DNA from: a virus
Taxonomy: Duplodnaviria > Caudoviricetes
Reading direction: 5' to 3' (one strand)
Virus record (IMG/VR): IMGVR_UViG_3300027545_000003
Location: 1 to 42,290 of that record
DNA: 42,290 bases
The notes under the pieces were generated by a model that worked only from the letters and a program-made list of their open reading frames with translations, did no database searches and was not told the origin of the DNA. Positions within the stretch are counted from its first letter, which is position 1; each line of letters opens with the position of its first letter. The translations under genes were made by a program, and so were the position numbers. Below are positions 1-8,948 of this stretch, one piece after another.

Positions 1-147
1 GTGGTTCAAGACGCTTTTGTAAAAAAAAAGCGCTCCGAAACCAGAACGTAAAAACCGGACTGCGGATATGGCGGCAACTGAGCGGCTAGCGAACATTCTC
101 GGGGAAGGTGGTGGCCTGGGGATTGTCGAGCCGCAGTACATCGACGT
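1..147. repeat. Terminal direct repeat, copy 1 (circular/permuted assembly overlap)
   Basis: Identical to 42145-42290 except A9 here (21-29) versus A8 in the end copy. Confidence 0.95.
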
Positions 148-289
148 CACGGCTCCGCGGCGGGAGGTTCGCGAAGACCCAGCGGAACGCAAGGCGGCCG
201 AGGAACGCTTTGTCGCCGCGCTCCGGAAGGAGCGTCCGGAACTGGACGATGCGGCGATTGAGAGACTCATGCGAAGGGCAACAGCATGA
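1..289 (+). CDS. 3' part of the DUF1376/YdaU-like replication protein, continuing across the circular junction from 41632
   Basis: ORF 68..289 (MAATERLANILGEG...) is the in-frame continuation of the 41632 ORF when the A8 allele is used. Confidence 0.75.
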
Positions 290-663
290 AGGGCTGTGTT
301 TTGTGTGGTGGATCGGGATGGTTTCCAACCCACCGAAGCGGGCGCGGGGCGTTCAAGGAAATGACGTACGAGACAGTTATCCGCTGCCTTTGTGTCAAGT
401 TCGGAGCGCCCCAGGTGCTTGACGACTCATGTAGTCGCTGCTATGGTCACGGGATCTACGGCGGTCATATCGGAACAAAGTTCGACGGGCCGTGGAAGTG
501 GTGCGATTGTCCCGCTGGTGTGGAACGGCAGCAGCGCCAGCCGGCCCTGATTGCCGAATCCAACACGTGTCGCGAGAAGTGCATCCGGCTGGAGGGAAGG
601 CGTAACGGCAAGGGATTGCAACCAGTTGGGGCGCTCTTTGAGCCGTATCATGGCGCGTTCTAA
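286..663 (+). CDS. Cys-rich zinc-finger protein (two CxxCxGxG...CxC units), replication-module associated
   Basis: CVLCGGSG...CLC and CSRCYGHG...CDC; ATGA overlap with upstream stop. Confidence 0.7.
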   Translation: MKGCVLCGGSGWFPTHRSGRGAFKEMTYETVIRCLCVKFGAPQVLDDSCSRCYGHGIYGGHIGTKFDGPWKWCDCPAGVERQQRQPALIAESNTCREKCIRLEGRRNGKGLQPVGALFEPYHGAF

Positions 664-832
664 CCCCAAACCCGCCTGCATCCCCACCGACCGCGTGTCC
701 TCGCCGTGCCAGATGTGCGGCAAGAAGCCGGATCGCATGCACCTGGTCGACCTCACGGACACAACCGTGGGCATCTACTGCCCGGGCTGCTGTCCAGAGT
801 GTGTACCCCCCACGAAAGCCGCCACAGCGTGA
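650..832 (+). CDS. Small zinc-ribbon protein
   Basis: CQMC...YCPGC; ATG at 650 overlapping the upstream gene end. Confidence 0.55.
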   Translation: MARSNPKPACIPTDRVSSPCQMCGKKPDRMHLVDLTDTTVGIYCPGCCPECVPPTKAATA

Positions 833-862
833 GACTTGCCCGCGCGTGATACGCTGAACCAA

Positions 863-1150
863 ATGGCAGCCGTCCCTGGAATGATCTCCGACTCGATAGC
901 GGTCGCGCTGATTATGTCGATACCGGGGGCGATCGCGGCCATTGGATCGGTGATTGTAATCATCCAAAACGTTCGCAGCCGCGTGGAAGCCAAGGCCGGC
1001 CACGATGAAACCAAGAACAACATCCAGCAGTTAACACTGCGCGTAAACGGCCGGCTTGACCAACTCCTTGCATCGGCGGAAGATAAAGGCAGGGTGGCTG
1101 AACAGGCCGAACAGCATGGCAGAGATGCTGCAAAATTCGAGCAGTCGTGA
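863..1150 (+). CDS. Single-TM plus coiled-coil membrane protein (holin-like)
   Basis: Hydrophobic SIAVALIMSIPGAIAAIGSVIVII followed by NGRLDQLL coiled coil; -10 box TACGCT 7 nt upstream of ATG. Confidence 0.55.
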   Translation: MAAVPGMISDSIAVALIMSIPGAIAAIGSVIVIIQNVRSRVEAKAGHDETKNNIQQLTLRVNGRLDQLLASAEDKGRVAEQAEQHGRDAAKFEQS

Positions 1151-1235
1151 AACGTTTCCCTGGAAACAGTCACCAAAACGGCAGCATCTCAGTAACGTGG
1201 CGGGACCGTGAGCCTCAAGAGCCTGCTGCAATTCA

Positions 1236-1490
1236 TCAAGCCCTAAAGGTCTGATACGGCGCGTCAAGTCTCACGACCCGCATCGCGGGAACCTTGCCCA
1301 AGTTGACAAACTGATTGCGGAGCTTGTTCAGCTCGGCAATCGCCCGATCGTTGGTCCACGGCTCGCTTTCGCCGGTCTCGCTCCAGCCGACGACTGTGGT
1401 TTCGCCGCAAACCTCGATGCCGTAGAATTCGCCGATCTCGACGCCGTAGCGGCGCCGGGGTTTGCACTTAAACACGAGGGGCCGTTTCAT
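1236..1490 (-). CDS. Hypothetical protein
   Basis: MKRPLVFKCK...; ATGA-coupled to the 1654-1487 gene. Confidence 0.55.
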   Translation of the reverse strand: MKRPLVFKCKPRRRYGVEIGEFYGIEVCGETTVVGWSETGESEPWTNDRAIAELNKLRNQFVNLGKVPAMRVVRLDAPYQTFRA

Positions 1491-1654
1491 CGACGCGTCC
1501 CCCGGTGCGGCCATCCGTCTTCCTCGGCCTCGGCGACGTAATCGGAGGCGCGCTCAGCCGGCTTGCGCGGCCGGTCGATGATGTAATCCCAAAACAGGAC
1601 GATCGCCGCGAAAACCACCACGACGACGAAAGCAAGAAAGTGTGCGGTTGTCAT
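1487..1654 (-). CDS. Small single-TM membrane protein (55 aa, not in ORF track)
   Basis: MTTAHFLAFVVVVVFAAIVLFWDYII...; TTGCGC-17-TACCGT promoter 6 nt upstream of ATG. Confidence 0.6.
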   Translation of the reverse strand: MTTAHFLAFVVVVVFAAIVLFWDYIIDRPRKPAERASDYVAEAEEDGWPHRGTRR

Positions 1655-1716
1655 GGATCAACGGTACCGACCGCCTTTGAACCGCGCAATGGTACGATTG
1701 CCTTAGAAATCACCCT

Positions 1717-2172
1717 ATGGACCTTAGCGAAGCGAACCAAACCGAACACCCCAAAAGGGCTGCGTTTCTCGCGGCAATCGCCGAATGTCCATCTGTGCGT
1801 GGAGCTGCGCGGGCCGCTGAAATATCGCGCACCACCCACTACGAGTGGATGAAAGAACAGGACTATAAGCGGGCGTTTGAGGTTGCCTGGGAGCGCGGAA
1901 AGCAGGCGCTTCACGATACCGCGGTAGAGCGCGCCAATGAAGGAAAGAGCGACGTTCTTCTGATTTTCTTACTGAAGGGCGCGTATCCTGAAACCTACCG
2001 GGAAAGATGGGATGGACACCTGAGCGGAAAGGACGGAGGACCGATTGAGCACTCCGACGTCAGCGCCCGGCAACTCCTCGCAGATCGAATTGCTGCGGAG
2101 CTTGCCGGCGGCGGCGAAGGCCAGGATACTTGCGGCACTGACGGAGAAACAATGCCGGGATCTGCTGTATGA
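1717..2172 (+). CDS. terS: Terminase small subunit
   Basis: HTH (SVRGAARAAEISRTTHYEW) and SDVLLIFLLKG...PETYRER motif; immediately upstream of TerL. Confidence 0.85.
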   Translation: MDLSEANQTEHPKRAAFLAAIAECPSVRGAARAAEISRTTHYEWMKEQDYKRAFEVAWERGKQALHDTAVERANEGKSDVLLIFLLKGAYPETYRERWDGHLSGKDGGPIEHSDVSARQLLADRIAAELAGGGEGQDTCGTDGETMPGSAV

Positions 2173-4330
2173 CTGGCAGGCGAACGCCCGGCCGGCGCAA
2201 CTACCGCCCGGCATCCCCGGTGCTCAATTTTCGCGCCGCGACTGGGTCTTCTGGCTCGTGCAGGCTGGCCGCGGATGGGGGAAAACCCGCGTAGGCGCGG
2301 AGACCACGCGCCTGTGGGGGCGCAATCCCAAAGAACGAATCCTGATGGTCGCCTCCGTCGCGTCCGACGTGCGCGAAGTCATGATCGAAGGTCCATCCGG
2401 TCTGATGAGTTGCTACCCGCCGGGCCAGCGTCCAGACTACAACCCGTCAAGGCACCTCGTCACGTTTCCATCCGGCGCAGTAGGAATCACGCGATCGGCC
2501 GACGAACCCGAACGGCTCCGCGGTCCGCAGTTCACCAAGTTCTGGGCGGATGAGCTATGCCTCGCAAGAGGAACGCAAATTGAAACACCATCTGGGCCGC
2601 GTGCGATTGAGACGATTCGATCTGGCGATATCGTCCTCACGCGCGTTGGACCGCGCCCAGTTGTCCGATCACAGCGGACATCTCGAAGCGCGCCACTCTG
2701 GAAACTGACCGCATCCGATGGTAGGACTTTAATTGGCACCGCAGGCCACCCCGTTTTGTGTAACGGTACTTTCGTTCCATTGAGCCAAGCGCAATGCGGA
2801 GCTACCCTGGAAACATGGCAGGCGAGCCAAAATCGGTCATGTGGGGCGGTCGCCGCTGGTTTCTCAACGGCGGCTATTACATGTCGCGAACCGGCTCTCT
2901 GCTTCATCTTGCCGTCTATCGCGCGCACCATGGGGCGATTCCGAAAGGCCACGACGTTCACCACAAGGACGAGAATAAAGCAAACTTTTCACCGGATAAC
3001 TTGGAGGCGCTTACTCGGCGCGATCATCTCAAACGGCATCGACCACGCGGATGGAAGGCCCATACACCCGAGCAGCGAGCTGCCAAGACACGAGCCCAGT
3101 GGGACGCCGCCAATCCGCGAGATGTTGTCTGTGCGCGATGCGGTCGCATGTATCAGTCTCTCGGAACGCGGGCCCGCTTCTGTAGTGGGCTTTGCAAAGG
3201 AAGATGGTGGAGGGCTAACCACCCAACCGTCAATCGCCCACGGAAACCAGCGCGCAAGCGTCCCGAGCAACGCAGACCGGATAAATCTTGCGCCACATGC
3301 GGAACAGCGTTCCACGCGAATGATCCACGCACCCAGACGTGTTCCCGCAAATGCGGAGCCGCTTACCGTGCGACGCGTTTCGAGGACCGACGAGTGCGGC
3401 GAAGTCTACAATCTTGAAGTCGCAGGTCAGCACGAATACTACGCAAATGGCATCCTGACGCATAACTGCGCCTGGCGCTTTGCACAGCAGGCGTGGGATC
3501 AGATCATGTTCGGGTTTCGGCTGAAGTCGAAACATTTGCAGGGCATCATCACCACGACGCCAAAGCCAATTCCGGTCATCAAAGACATCATCGCCAAGCC
3601 TTCAACCATCGTGACGCGCGGCAGCTCCTACGACAATCGGTCGAACCTCAGCGACACCTACTACCAGACGGTCATCACCCCGTACGAAGGAACGCGCCTA
3701 GGCCGGCAGGAGATCAACGCCGAGCTACTCGAAGACACGCCAGGCGCGCTGTGGACTCGCGCTCTGATTGACGCCGGCAGAATCACGTTTACCTCGATCC
3801 GTTGGGACCTGATTCAGCGAATCGTCGTAGCTATCGACCCGGCGGTGACGAGCGGCGAGTCATCAGCGGAGACCGGCATCATCGTGGCAGGACTAACGGT
3901 GAGCGGACACGTGATCATCATCGACGATCTGTCGCTCCGGGGCACCCCGCTTGAGTGGGCCAACGTCGCGGTGCGCGCCCTGCTCAACCATCGCGGCGAT
4001 CGCATCGTCGGCGAAGTGAACAACGGGGGCGACCTGGTCGAAGCCAACATCCGCGCGGTTGCGCCGAATGTTCCGTTTCGTGCCGTGCGGGCCACTCGAG
4101 GGAAGATGCTGCGCGCCGAGCCGGTATCGGCCCTATACGAACAAGGGCGTGTGCATCACGTTGGGGCGTTCCCAACGCTCGAAGATCAGATGTGTCTCTG
4201 GACGCCGGGAGAGAAATCGCCGGATCGCATGGACGCGCTGGTGTGGGCCGTGACGGAATTGGTGGTCGATCCCGAGCCGGTGACGCAGCGGCTGGTGTTG
4301 AGCGCGATGCCGATGGACCCAGGGTACTAG
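2045..4330 (+). CDS. terL: Terminase large subunit (intein-containing precursor)
   Basis: Walker A AGRGWGKT, LRGPQF..WADE Walker B, ITTTPKP coupling motif, RNase H-like VVAIDPA...SPDRMDALVW; exact start uncertain. Confidence 0.95.
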   Translation: MSTPTSAPGNSSQIELLRSLPAAAKARILAALTEKQCRDLLYDWQANARPAQLPPGIPGAQFSRRDWVFWLVQAGRGWGKTRVGAETTRLWGRNPKERILMVASVASDVREVMIEGPSGLMSCYPPGQRPDYNPSRHLVTFPSGAVGITRSADEPERLRGPQFTKFWADELCLARGTQIETPSGPRAIETIRSGDIVLTRVGPRPVVRSQRTSRSAPLWKLTASDGRTLIGTAGHPVLCNGTFVPLSQAQCGATLETWQASQNRSCGAVAAGFSTAAITCREPALCFILPSIARTMGRFRKATTFTTRTRIKQTFHRITWRRLLGAIISNGIDHADGRPIHPSSELPRHEPSGTPPIREMLSVRDAVACISLSERGPASVVGFAKEDGGGLTTQPSIAHGNQRASVPSNADRINLAPHAEQRSTRMIHAPRRVPANAEPLTVRRVSRTDECGEVYNLEVAGQHEYYANGILTHNCAWRFAQQAWDQIMFGFRLKSKHLQGIITTTPKPIPVIKDIIAKPSTIVTRGSSYDNRSNLSDTYYQTVITPYEGTRLGRQEINAELLEDTPGALWTRALIDAGRITFTSIRWDLIQRIVVAIDPAVTSGESSAETGIIVAGLTVSGHVIIIDDLSLRGTPLEWANVAVRALLNHRGDRIVGEVNNGGDLVEANIRAVAPNVPFRAVRATRGKMLRAEPVSALYEQGRVHHVGAFPTLEDQMCLWTPGEKSPDRMDALVWAVTELVVDPEPVTQRLVLSAMPMDPGY
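2558..3466 (+). mobile_element. Intein (303 aa) inserted immediately after the TerL Walker B motif
   Basis: N-terminal CLARGTQIETPSG, block B GTAGHPV, block F VYNLEV, block G YYANGILTHN followed by +1 Cys; removal restores WADEL|CAW. Confidence 0.93.
2794..3417 (+). CDS. HNH homing endonuclease with zinc-ribbon DNA-binding tail, encoded in an alternative frame within the intein
   Basis: LHLAVYRAHHGAIPKGHDVHHKDENKANFSPDNLEALTRRDH (HNH_3-type); CARC..CSGLC and CATC..CSRKC; start at 2794 or 2815. Confidence 0.88.
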   Translation: MRSYPGNMAGEPKSVMWGGRRWFLNGGYYMSRTGSLLHLAVYRAHHGAIPKGHDVHHKDENKANFSPDNLEALTRRDHLKRHRPRGWKAHTPEQRAAKTRAQWDAANPRDVVCARCGRMYQSLGTRARFCSGLCKGRWWRANHPTVNRPRKPARKRPEQRRPDKSCATCGTAFHANDPRTQTCSRKCGAAYRATRFEDRRVRRSLQS

Positions 4331-4389
4331 GACTGGTGGATCTTGCTTTCGTCGCGGGATCTCGGGTAGGATGACTAACTATACAACCA

Positions 4390-4611
4390 ATGCAAATAAC
4401 AATCAGCACCACTTCAAAGGTGGTTCAGCTTAACGGCATAGATTGCCGGATTTGGGAAGGCGAAACAGAGAAGGGAATCAAAATCCACTGTTTCATTCCA
4501 AGGATCGCCGCAAAGGATGATCAGGACCTTTCCCAGTTTGCTGCTGAACTGTCAGAGCAAAGACCACCTTCGGCAGAGGTCGCTGCGATTCCATTGCGCC
4601 TGATCCTGTGA
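4390..4611 (+). CDS. Hypothetical protein
   Basis: Clean ORF downstream of a TTGCTT..TAGGAT promoter-like sequence; overlaps next gene start. Confidence 0.65.
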   Translation: MQITISTTSKVVQLNGIDCRIWEGETEKGIKIHCFIPRIAAKDDQDLSQFAAELSEQRPPSAEVAAIPLRLIL

Positions 4612-5411
4612 CTGACCCACTCGTTTGCGCGATAATGCTGACGCGCGATCGCCCCGGGATGGCTGCTCGCGCCGTGGCCAGCTTCCGGACGCAGACGTAC
4701 GCGAACAAGCGCCTGTTTGTTCTGGATAACGGCGATGGAGATTTGCTGAGATCGACACTACCGTTTCAGTCTGGAGAAGCTTGGCTGAATTGGAATCCCG
4801 CGCGCGGAAAATCCATAGGCGTACTCAGAAACATGGCTGCGGAATTGTCATACACCGGACTAGGAATGCCGCAACTAGAGGATGAGCTGCCGGAGATCGT
4901 TGTGCATTGGGACTCGGACGACGTCAGTCACCCCAACCGCATCGCCGAGCAAGTGGCGCTGCTGCAGTCGAGCGGCGCGGACTGCGTCGGGTACCGCGAC
5001 ATGCTGTTCTGGCGAACAGGAATCCGCAAGCAGTCAACGGTAGGCGACTATATCGAGATCATCGACGGCGAAGCATGGGTGTTCACCGGCGGCACGCCCA
5101 ACTACGCGCTCGGCACGTCGCTCTGCTACTGGCGGCAGACATGGGCGCGCAAGCCGTTCCTCGATCTGTCGCAGGGCGTCGAGGAGAAATGGTGCGACGG
5201 GCTGAAGGTGGTGAGCGTCGCCTCAATGATCGACCCATGTGTCGGGGGGGCGGCCGCTACAGAAATCAGTGAGCCCCGCATGATCGCCTCGATCCACGGA
5301 GGCAACACGAGCACGGGCTACGATATCGAGAAGTACGTGCGCGACGGAAGCAAGCAATGGCAGCGGGCCCCAGAGTGGGACAATTACTGCCACGAAGGGA
5401 TGAAACTATGA
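4608..5411 (+). CDS. Glycosyltransferase family 2 (GT-A)
   Basis: VCAIMLTRDR...QTY...VLDNG; HWDSDD DxD motif; HPNRIAEQV. Confidence 0.88.
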   Translation: MTDPLVCAIMLTRDRPGMAARAVASFRTQTYANKRLFVLDNGDGDLLRSTLPFQSGEAWLNWNPARGKSIGVLRNMAAELSYTGLGMPQLEDELPEIVVHWDSDDVSHPNRIAEQVALLQSSGADCVGYRDMLFWRTGIRKQSTVGDYIEIIDGEAWVFTGGTPNYALGTSLCYWRQTWARKPFLDLSQGVEEKWCDGLKVVSVASMIDPCVGGAAATEISEPRMIASIHGGNTSTGYDIEKYVRDGSKQWQRAPEWDNYCHEGMKL

Positions 5412-5587
5412 GCGAAGAAGACAAGCAGACATTCAATCAGGGGCGTCCGTACGTGGTGGGTGCCGTGGCGTTAGCGGTAATCTTGGCGCGCCCCAAGGCG
5501 CACCTATCCCAGACCCCCGTAGAGATCGCCTTCGATGAAGCGGAGGCTTTTGTTGCCGAGTTCGAGAAACGGAACGGAATCGCATGA
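5408..5587 (+). CDS. Small helical hypothetical protein
   Basis: ATGA-coupled on both sides. Confidence 0.6.
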   Translation: MSEEDKQTFNQGRPYVVGAVALAVILARPKAHLSQTPVEIAFDEAEAFVAEFEKRNGIA

Positions 5588-6396
5588 GCGTCTGGGTGAC
5601 GATCCCCTCGGCGCGCCCGGTCGAGGAAGTGGCGAAGTGGGCCGCGGCGTGGAAGAGTAGCGGGTACAGGATTGCGCTGTGGCGGGACGATGGACCATGG
5701 ACCGAGGAATGGGGCGCAATAGGTGTGGAGATGGTTTTGACGGATGAAAAGTATCCCGGTTACGCACAGGCCATCAATTCCATGATTAAGGTGCTCACGC
5801 TTGGGTATAATGATCCGCTGCATGACGCCGAGTGGTTCATCATCGGCGGGGATGACGTCTGGCCTGACCCGAACCACACAGCAGAACAGATCGCGTGGGA
5901 GTGCGGCAAGCACTTTGCGCTCACCACGTCAAGTAGCGGCGGCTCCTGGGTTCCAGGAACCTTCGGCGTCATGCAGCCCACCTCGGATAGGTGGGGCGAG
6001 AATCCGTCGCATCCGAATCCAGTTCTTCAGTCGGCGTACATTGACCGGGTTGCTGGTAGCGCGTGGTTTGGCCGGGAGTATTGCACGCGCGTGAACCAAG
6101 GGCGCGGCCCGCTTTGGCCCGAGTACCAGCATATGTTCGTAGATCAGGAGGCGCGTGCCGTAGCCGTGAAGCTTGGGGTTTATTGGGAGCGCCCGGACCT
6201 TCTGCACCATCACGCGCACGCGGGGCGCGTAAAGAACTACGATGTGTCGATGATCCCGCCACACCTGAAGAAATGGACCACGGGTCCAGAGGGGCGCGCG
6301 CATTGGCAGGAATCCGAGGCTTTGTACAAGCGCCGGGAAAGCGATGACTTCCCTGGTCACGAACCGTTGCTCTGCTACGACAATCGGATCAAGTAG
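5584..6396 (+). CDS. GT-A fold glycosyltransferase-like protein
   Basis: VTIPSARP, AQAIN, IIGGDDVWP (xDD motif), YQHMFVDQE. Confidence 0.75.
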   Translation: MSVWVTIPSARPVEEVAKWAAAWKSSGYRIALWRDDGPWTEEWGAIGVEMVLTDEKYPGYAQAINSMIKVLTLGYNDPLHDAEWFIIGGDDVWPDPNHTAEQIAWECGKHFALTTSSSGGSWVPGTFGVMQPTSDRWGENPSHPNPVLQSAYIDRVAGSAWFGREYCTRVNQGRGPLWPEYQHMFVDQEARAVAVKLGVYWERPDLLHHHAHAGRVKNYDVSMIPPHLKKWTTGPEGRAHWQESEALYKRRESDDFPGHEPLLCYDNRIK

Positions 6397-6407
6397 GTGC
6401 AAGCTCA

Positions 6408-7148
6408 ATGAAAGCCGTCATCTGCACAGTCGCGTGGAAGGGCTGGTACCGCAAGGGCCTCGAGCGCCAGATCCGGGAATTCGAGCGCGTCTCGCCCGGC
6501 TACGAGTTGCAAGGCTGGCTGAACGTTCTACCGCCCGGTACGCCGCGCCTCGTCAAGGATGGCGTCGACTACACCGGTTACTCCGCGAAGCCTTGGGCGA
6601 TGAAGTACGCGATGGACAGCGGGGCCGATGTCGCGCTGTTGATCGACGCCAGCGTTTACCCGATCAGGCACATTGAGCCACTCCTCGATTTCATCTGGGA
6701 CCACGGGTACTACTTGGCGCCGGCTGGTTTCACTGTTGGCGAGTGGACCAACGATGAGATGCTGGCCAGCTTCGGGATGGATCGCGATCACGCGCTCAAG
6801 ATACCGGACGTGGCGAGCGGAATCGTGGGGCTGAGGTTGGACGGGCTTAATCCAACGCCTATTCAGGTCGCAGTAGAGCAATGGTGTGTTTCCACCACAG
6901 AGCCCGGCTTCGCCGCGCCGCACTCCAACATCCACGCGGCCAACAAGCGCCACCATTACCGGAATGTCGGCCACGTGAGCTACGATCCGCGGTGCTCGGG
7001 CCATCGCCAGGACCAATCGGCGCTGAGCCTCATAGCCCATCGGTTAGGGTTGACAGATCTCACTCCGTGGCCCAGATTTGTTGCGTACCAAGCGGGACAC
7101 GGAGGGAAATCGAATGAGACGACGGTGCTTGAAATTGCGGGGATGTGA
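6408..7148 (+). CDS. Nucleotide-diphospho-sugar transferase-like protein (DUF1647-like GT-A)
   Basis: KPWAMKYA...LLIDASV, HRQDQSALS motif. Confidence 0.7.
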   Translation: MKAVICTVAWKGWYRKGLERQIREFERVSPGYELQGWLNVLPPGTPRLVKDGVDYTGYSAKPWAMKYAMDSGADVALLIDASVYPIRHIEPLLDFIWDHGYYLAPAGFTVGEWTNDEMLASFGMDRDHALKIPDVASGIVGLRLDGLNPTPIQVAVEQWCVSTTEPGFAAPHSNIHAANKRHHYRNVGHVSYDPRCSGHRQDQSALSLIAHRLGLTDLTPWPRFVAYQAGHGGKSNETTVLEIAGM

Positions 7149-7151
7149 ACT

Positions 7152-7346
7152 TTGAAACATTTCGCAAATAACACTGACTACTACGACGCCCTGAAACGGA
7201 TAACCCTTTACGATTCCGTTGAGAGATTACGCAAGAGGGCTGAGCGCGATTACGGATTGACTCCAGGCGAGGCCATCGAAATGGCATACGAGAATATAAA
7301 GGCAGAGGCCGAAGCGGCAATTCGCGGAAAGCGCAGGCCGCGATGA
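7152..7346 (+). CDS. Hypothetical protein
   Basis: Fills the gap in the operon; ATGA overlap with next gene. Confidence 0.6.
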   Translation: MKHFANNTDYYDALKRITLYDSVERLRKRAERDYGLTPGEAIEMAYENIKAEAEAAIRGKRRPR

Positions 7347-7942
7347 CGTATAGCCAGAACAACGAGCAAACCTACATCCTTGAAGCGTTCGGGGAAAAGA
7401 ACGACGGCAGGTTCCTGGACATCGGAGCGTACGACGCGAAGTTGCTATCGAACACCCGCGCTCTGTACGAACGCGGATGGTCAGGGGTGATGGTCGAGCC
7501 TTCGCCGGGCCCGATGAAGCAACTGCTCGCGGAGTACGGCAACGATCCGCGTATCACTCTCGTGATGGCTCCGGTCACCAAGACTTGCGAGATGGTGAAG
7601 ATTCACGGGACTGACGACGCGATCAGCACTTCAAGCGAGACCGCTTTGAAGATTTGGAAGGACGGCGGATACGAGTTCTACGGCTCATTCCTGACGCAGT
7701 CAATCACGCTGGACCTGCTGGTGTACCGCTTCGGCGTTGCGTGGGATTTCATCAACATCGACGTGGAGGGCGGCTCGGCTGACCTGTTTCTTGCGTGCCT
7801 CGGGTTCCCGCTGCGCCCGAAGGTTTACTGCGTCGAGCATGATCACCGGCACGGGGAACTGGTGCCGATCGCGGCGAAGGCGGGATACCGCGAAGTCTCG
7901 CGCAACGGCGAGAATTGCATTTTCGTGAAGGGGGAGGCGTGA
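7343..7942 (+). CDS. FkbM-family SAM-dependent methyltransferase
   Basis: YSQNNE, FLDIGAYD..SNT, GWSGVMVEP, DFINIDVEG. Confidence 0.9.
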   Translation: MTYSQNNEQTYILEAFGEKNDGRFLDIGAYDAKLLSNTRALYERGWSGVMVEPSPGPMKQLLAEYGNDPRITLVMAPVTKTCEMVKIHGTDDAISTSSETALKIWKDGGYEFYGSFLTQSITLDLLVYRFGVAWDFINIDVEGGSADLFLACLGFPLRPKVYCVEHDHRHGELVPIAAKAGYREVSRNGENCIFVKGEA

Positions 7943-8112
7943 CAGTAGTAATCCTCAAGCAGTACATGAAGGCAGCCCTGGAAGATCTCCAGCGTGATGG
8001 GATTTGGGTCCGTGAAATTGATTTACAGTGGGCAACGAACGTAGAGGCTAAGGACGTTGCAAAGCCTAAGGCTTTAGTCGAGTGCGAGATATCCTTCAGG
8101 GCCGAATTATGA
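7939..8112 (+). CDS. Hypothetical protein
   Basis: GGAGG RBS, GTGA overlap. Confidence 0.5.
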   Translation: MTVVILKQYMKAALEDLQRDGIWVREIDLQWATNVEAKDVAKPKALVECEISFRAEL

Positions 8113-8387
8113 TTATCGACCCGCACGATCCCGAGCGCGCCGCAGACATCCTCAACGATTTCGTAGCGCTGTGCCGGAAACACAAATGCGTGATCCTGAA
8201 CAGCAAGGGGCAAACGATTCTAGCGAAGATGAGCGGCGAAATCCCGACGCTGGCGGAAGTAGAGAAAATGCGCATCATGGGCACGCGCCCGGCCTGCACG
8301 GCGCTGGCAGTGGTCGAGGAGATCAACCCCACGTGCGTGGTGTGGGCGAACGTGCAAGGGCCGATCACGGCGAAGGGGAAGGGATGA
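8109..8387 (+). CDS. Hypothetical protein
   Basis: ATGA-coupled ORF. Confidence 0.55.
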   Translation: MIIDPHDPERAADILNDFVALCRKHKCVILNSKGQTILAKMSGEIPTLAEVEKMRIMGTRPACTALAVVEEINPTCVVWANVQGPITAKGKG

Positions 8388-8578
8388 TGCAGCAGGCCAA
8401 TCACACGGTGACGGAGGGCCAAGCTAAGGTGCTCCATGCGGCCCTGGTGGCACTTCGCGCGGCAGAGTCGGCCATCATCGACGCGCTCGCAGACAAGGAC
8501 CCGGCGGCCAACTTCACGCCATCCGAGTCCGCGTGGGTCGAAGCATTTCGCAAGCAGGCGCTTATCGAAAGGATTTAA
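8384..8578 (+). CDS. Hypothetical protein
   Basis: ATGA-coupled ORF. Confidence 0.55.
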   Translation: MMQQANHTVTEGQAKVLHAALVALRAAESAIIDALADKDPAANFTPSESAWVEAFRKQALIERI

Positions 8579-8584
8579 AGCAAA

Positions 8585-8932
8585 ATGAAAATCGTCCCGC
8601 GAACAAAAATCGTGAAAGTGGCGGCCTGCTCAATCCCGGATTGCGACCGTGAGGCGTCGGAGGGGTGCCTTGGGTGCCATATCAGATTCTGCGTTTCTCA
8701 TTCATTCGAGCACGCCGCAAGGGTTTCCACTGAGTTTAGTGTAACCGCGTTGGATTTTACATCCTCCCAGCCGACCGCTCCATTCCGGGTAGTGCTCTGC
8801 GAAGAGTGTCAAAAGAAACCACAGGCAATTGAACTGATCGAGGCGTACAGGGTGGCCAACGAAGCAATCAAGCGCGCCGGGGACTCTATTATGCCGGTGA
8901 TTGAGACAAAGTATCCACAAAGGGGTAAATGA
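8585..8932 (+). CDS. Cys/His-rich zinc-finger protein
   Basis: CSIPDC..CLGC..FCVSH, LCEEC. Confidence 0.6.
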   Translation: MKIVPRTKIVKVAACSIPDCDREASEGCLGCHIRFCVSHSFEHAARVSTEFSVTALDFTSSQPTAPFRVVLCEECQKKPQAIELIEAYRVANEAIKRAGDSIMPVIETKYPQRGK

Positions 8933-8948
8933 TCATCGACGCGGAAGG

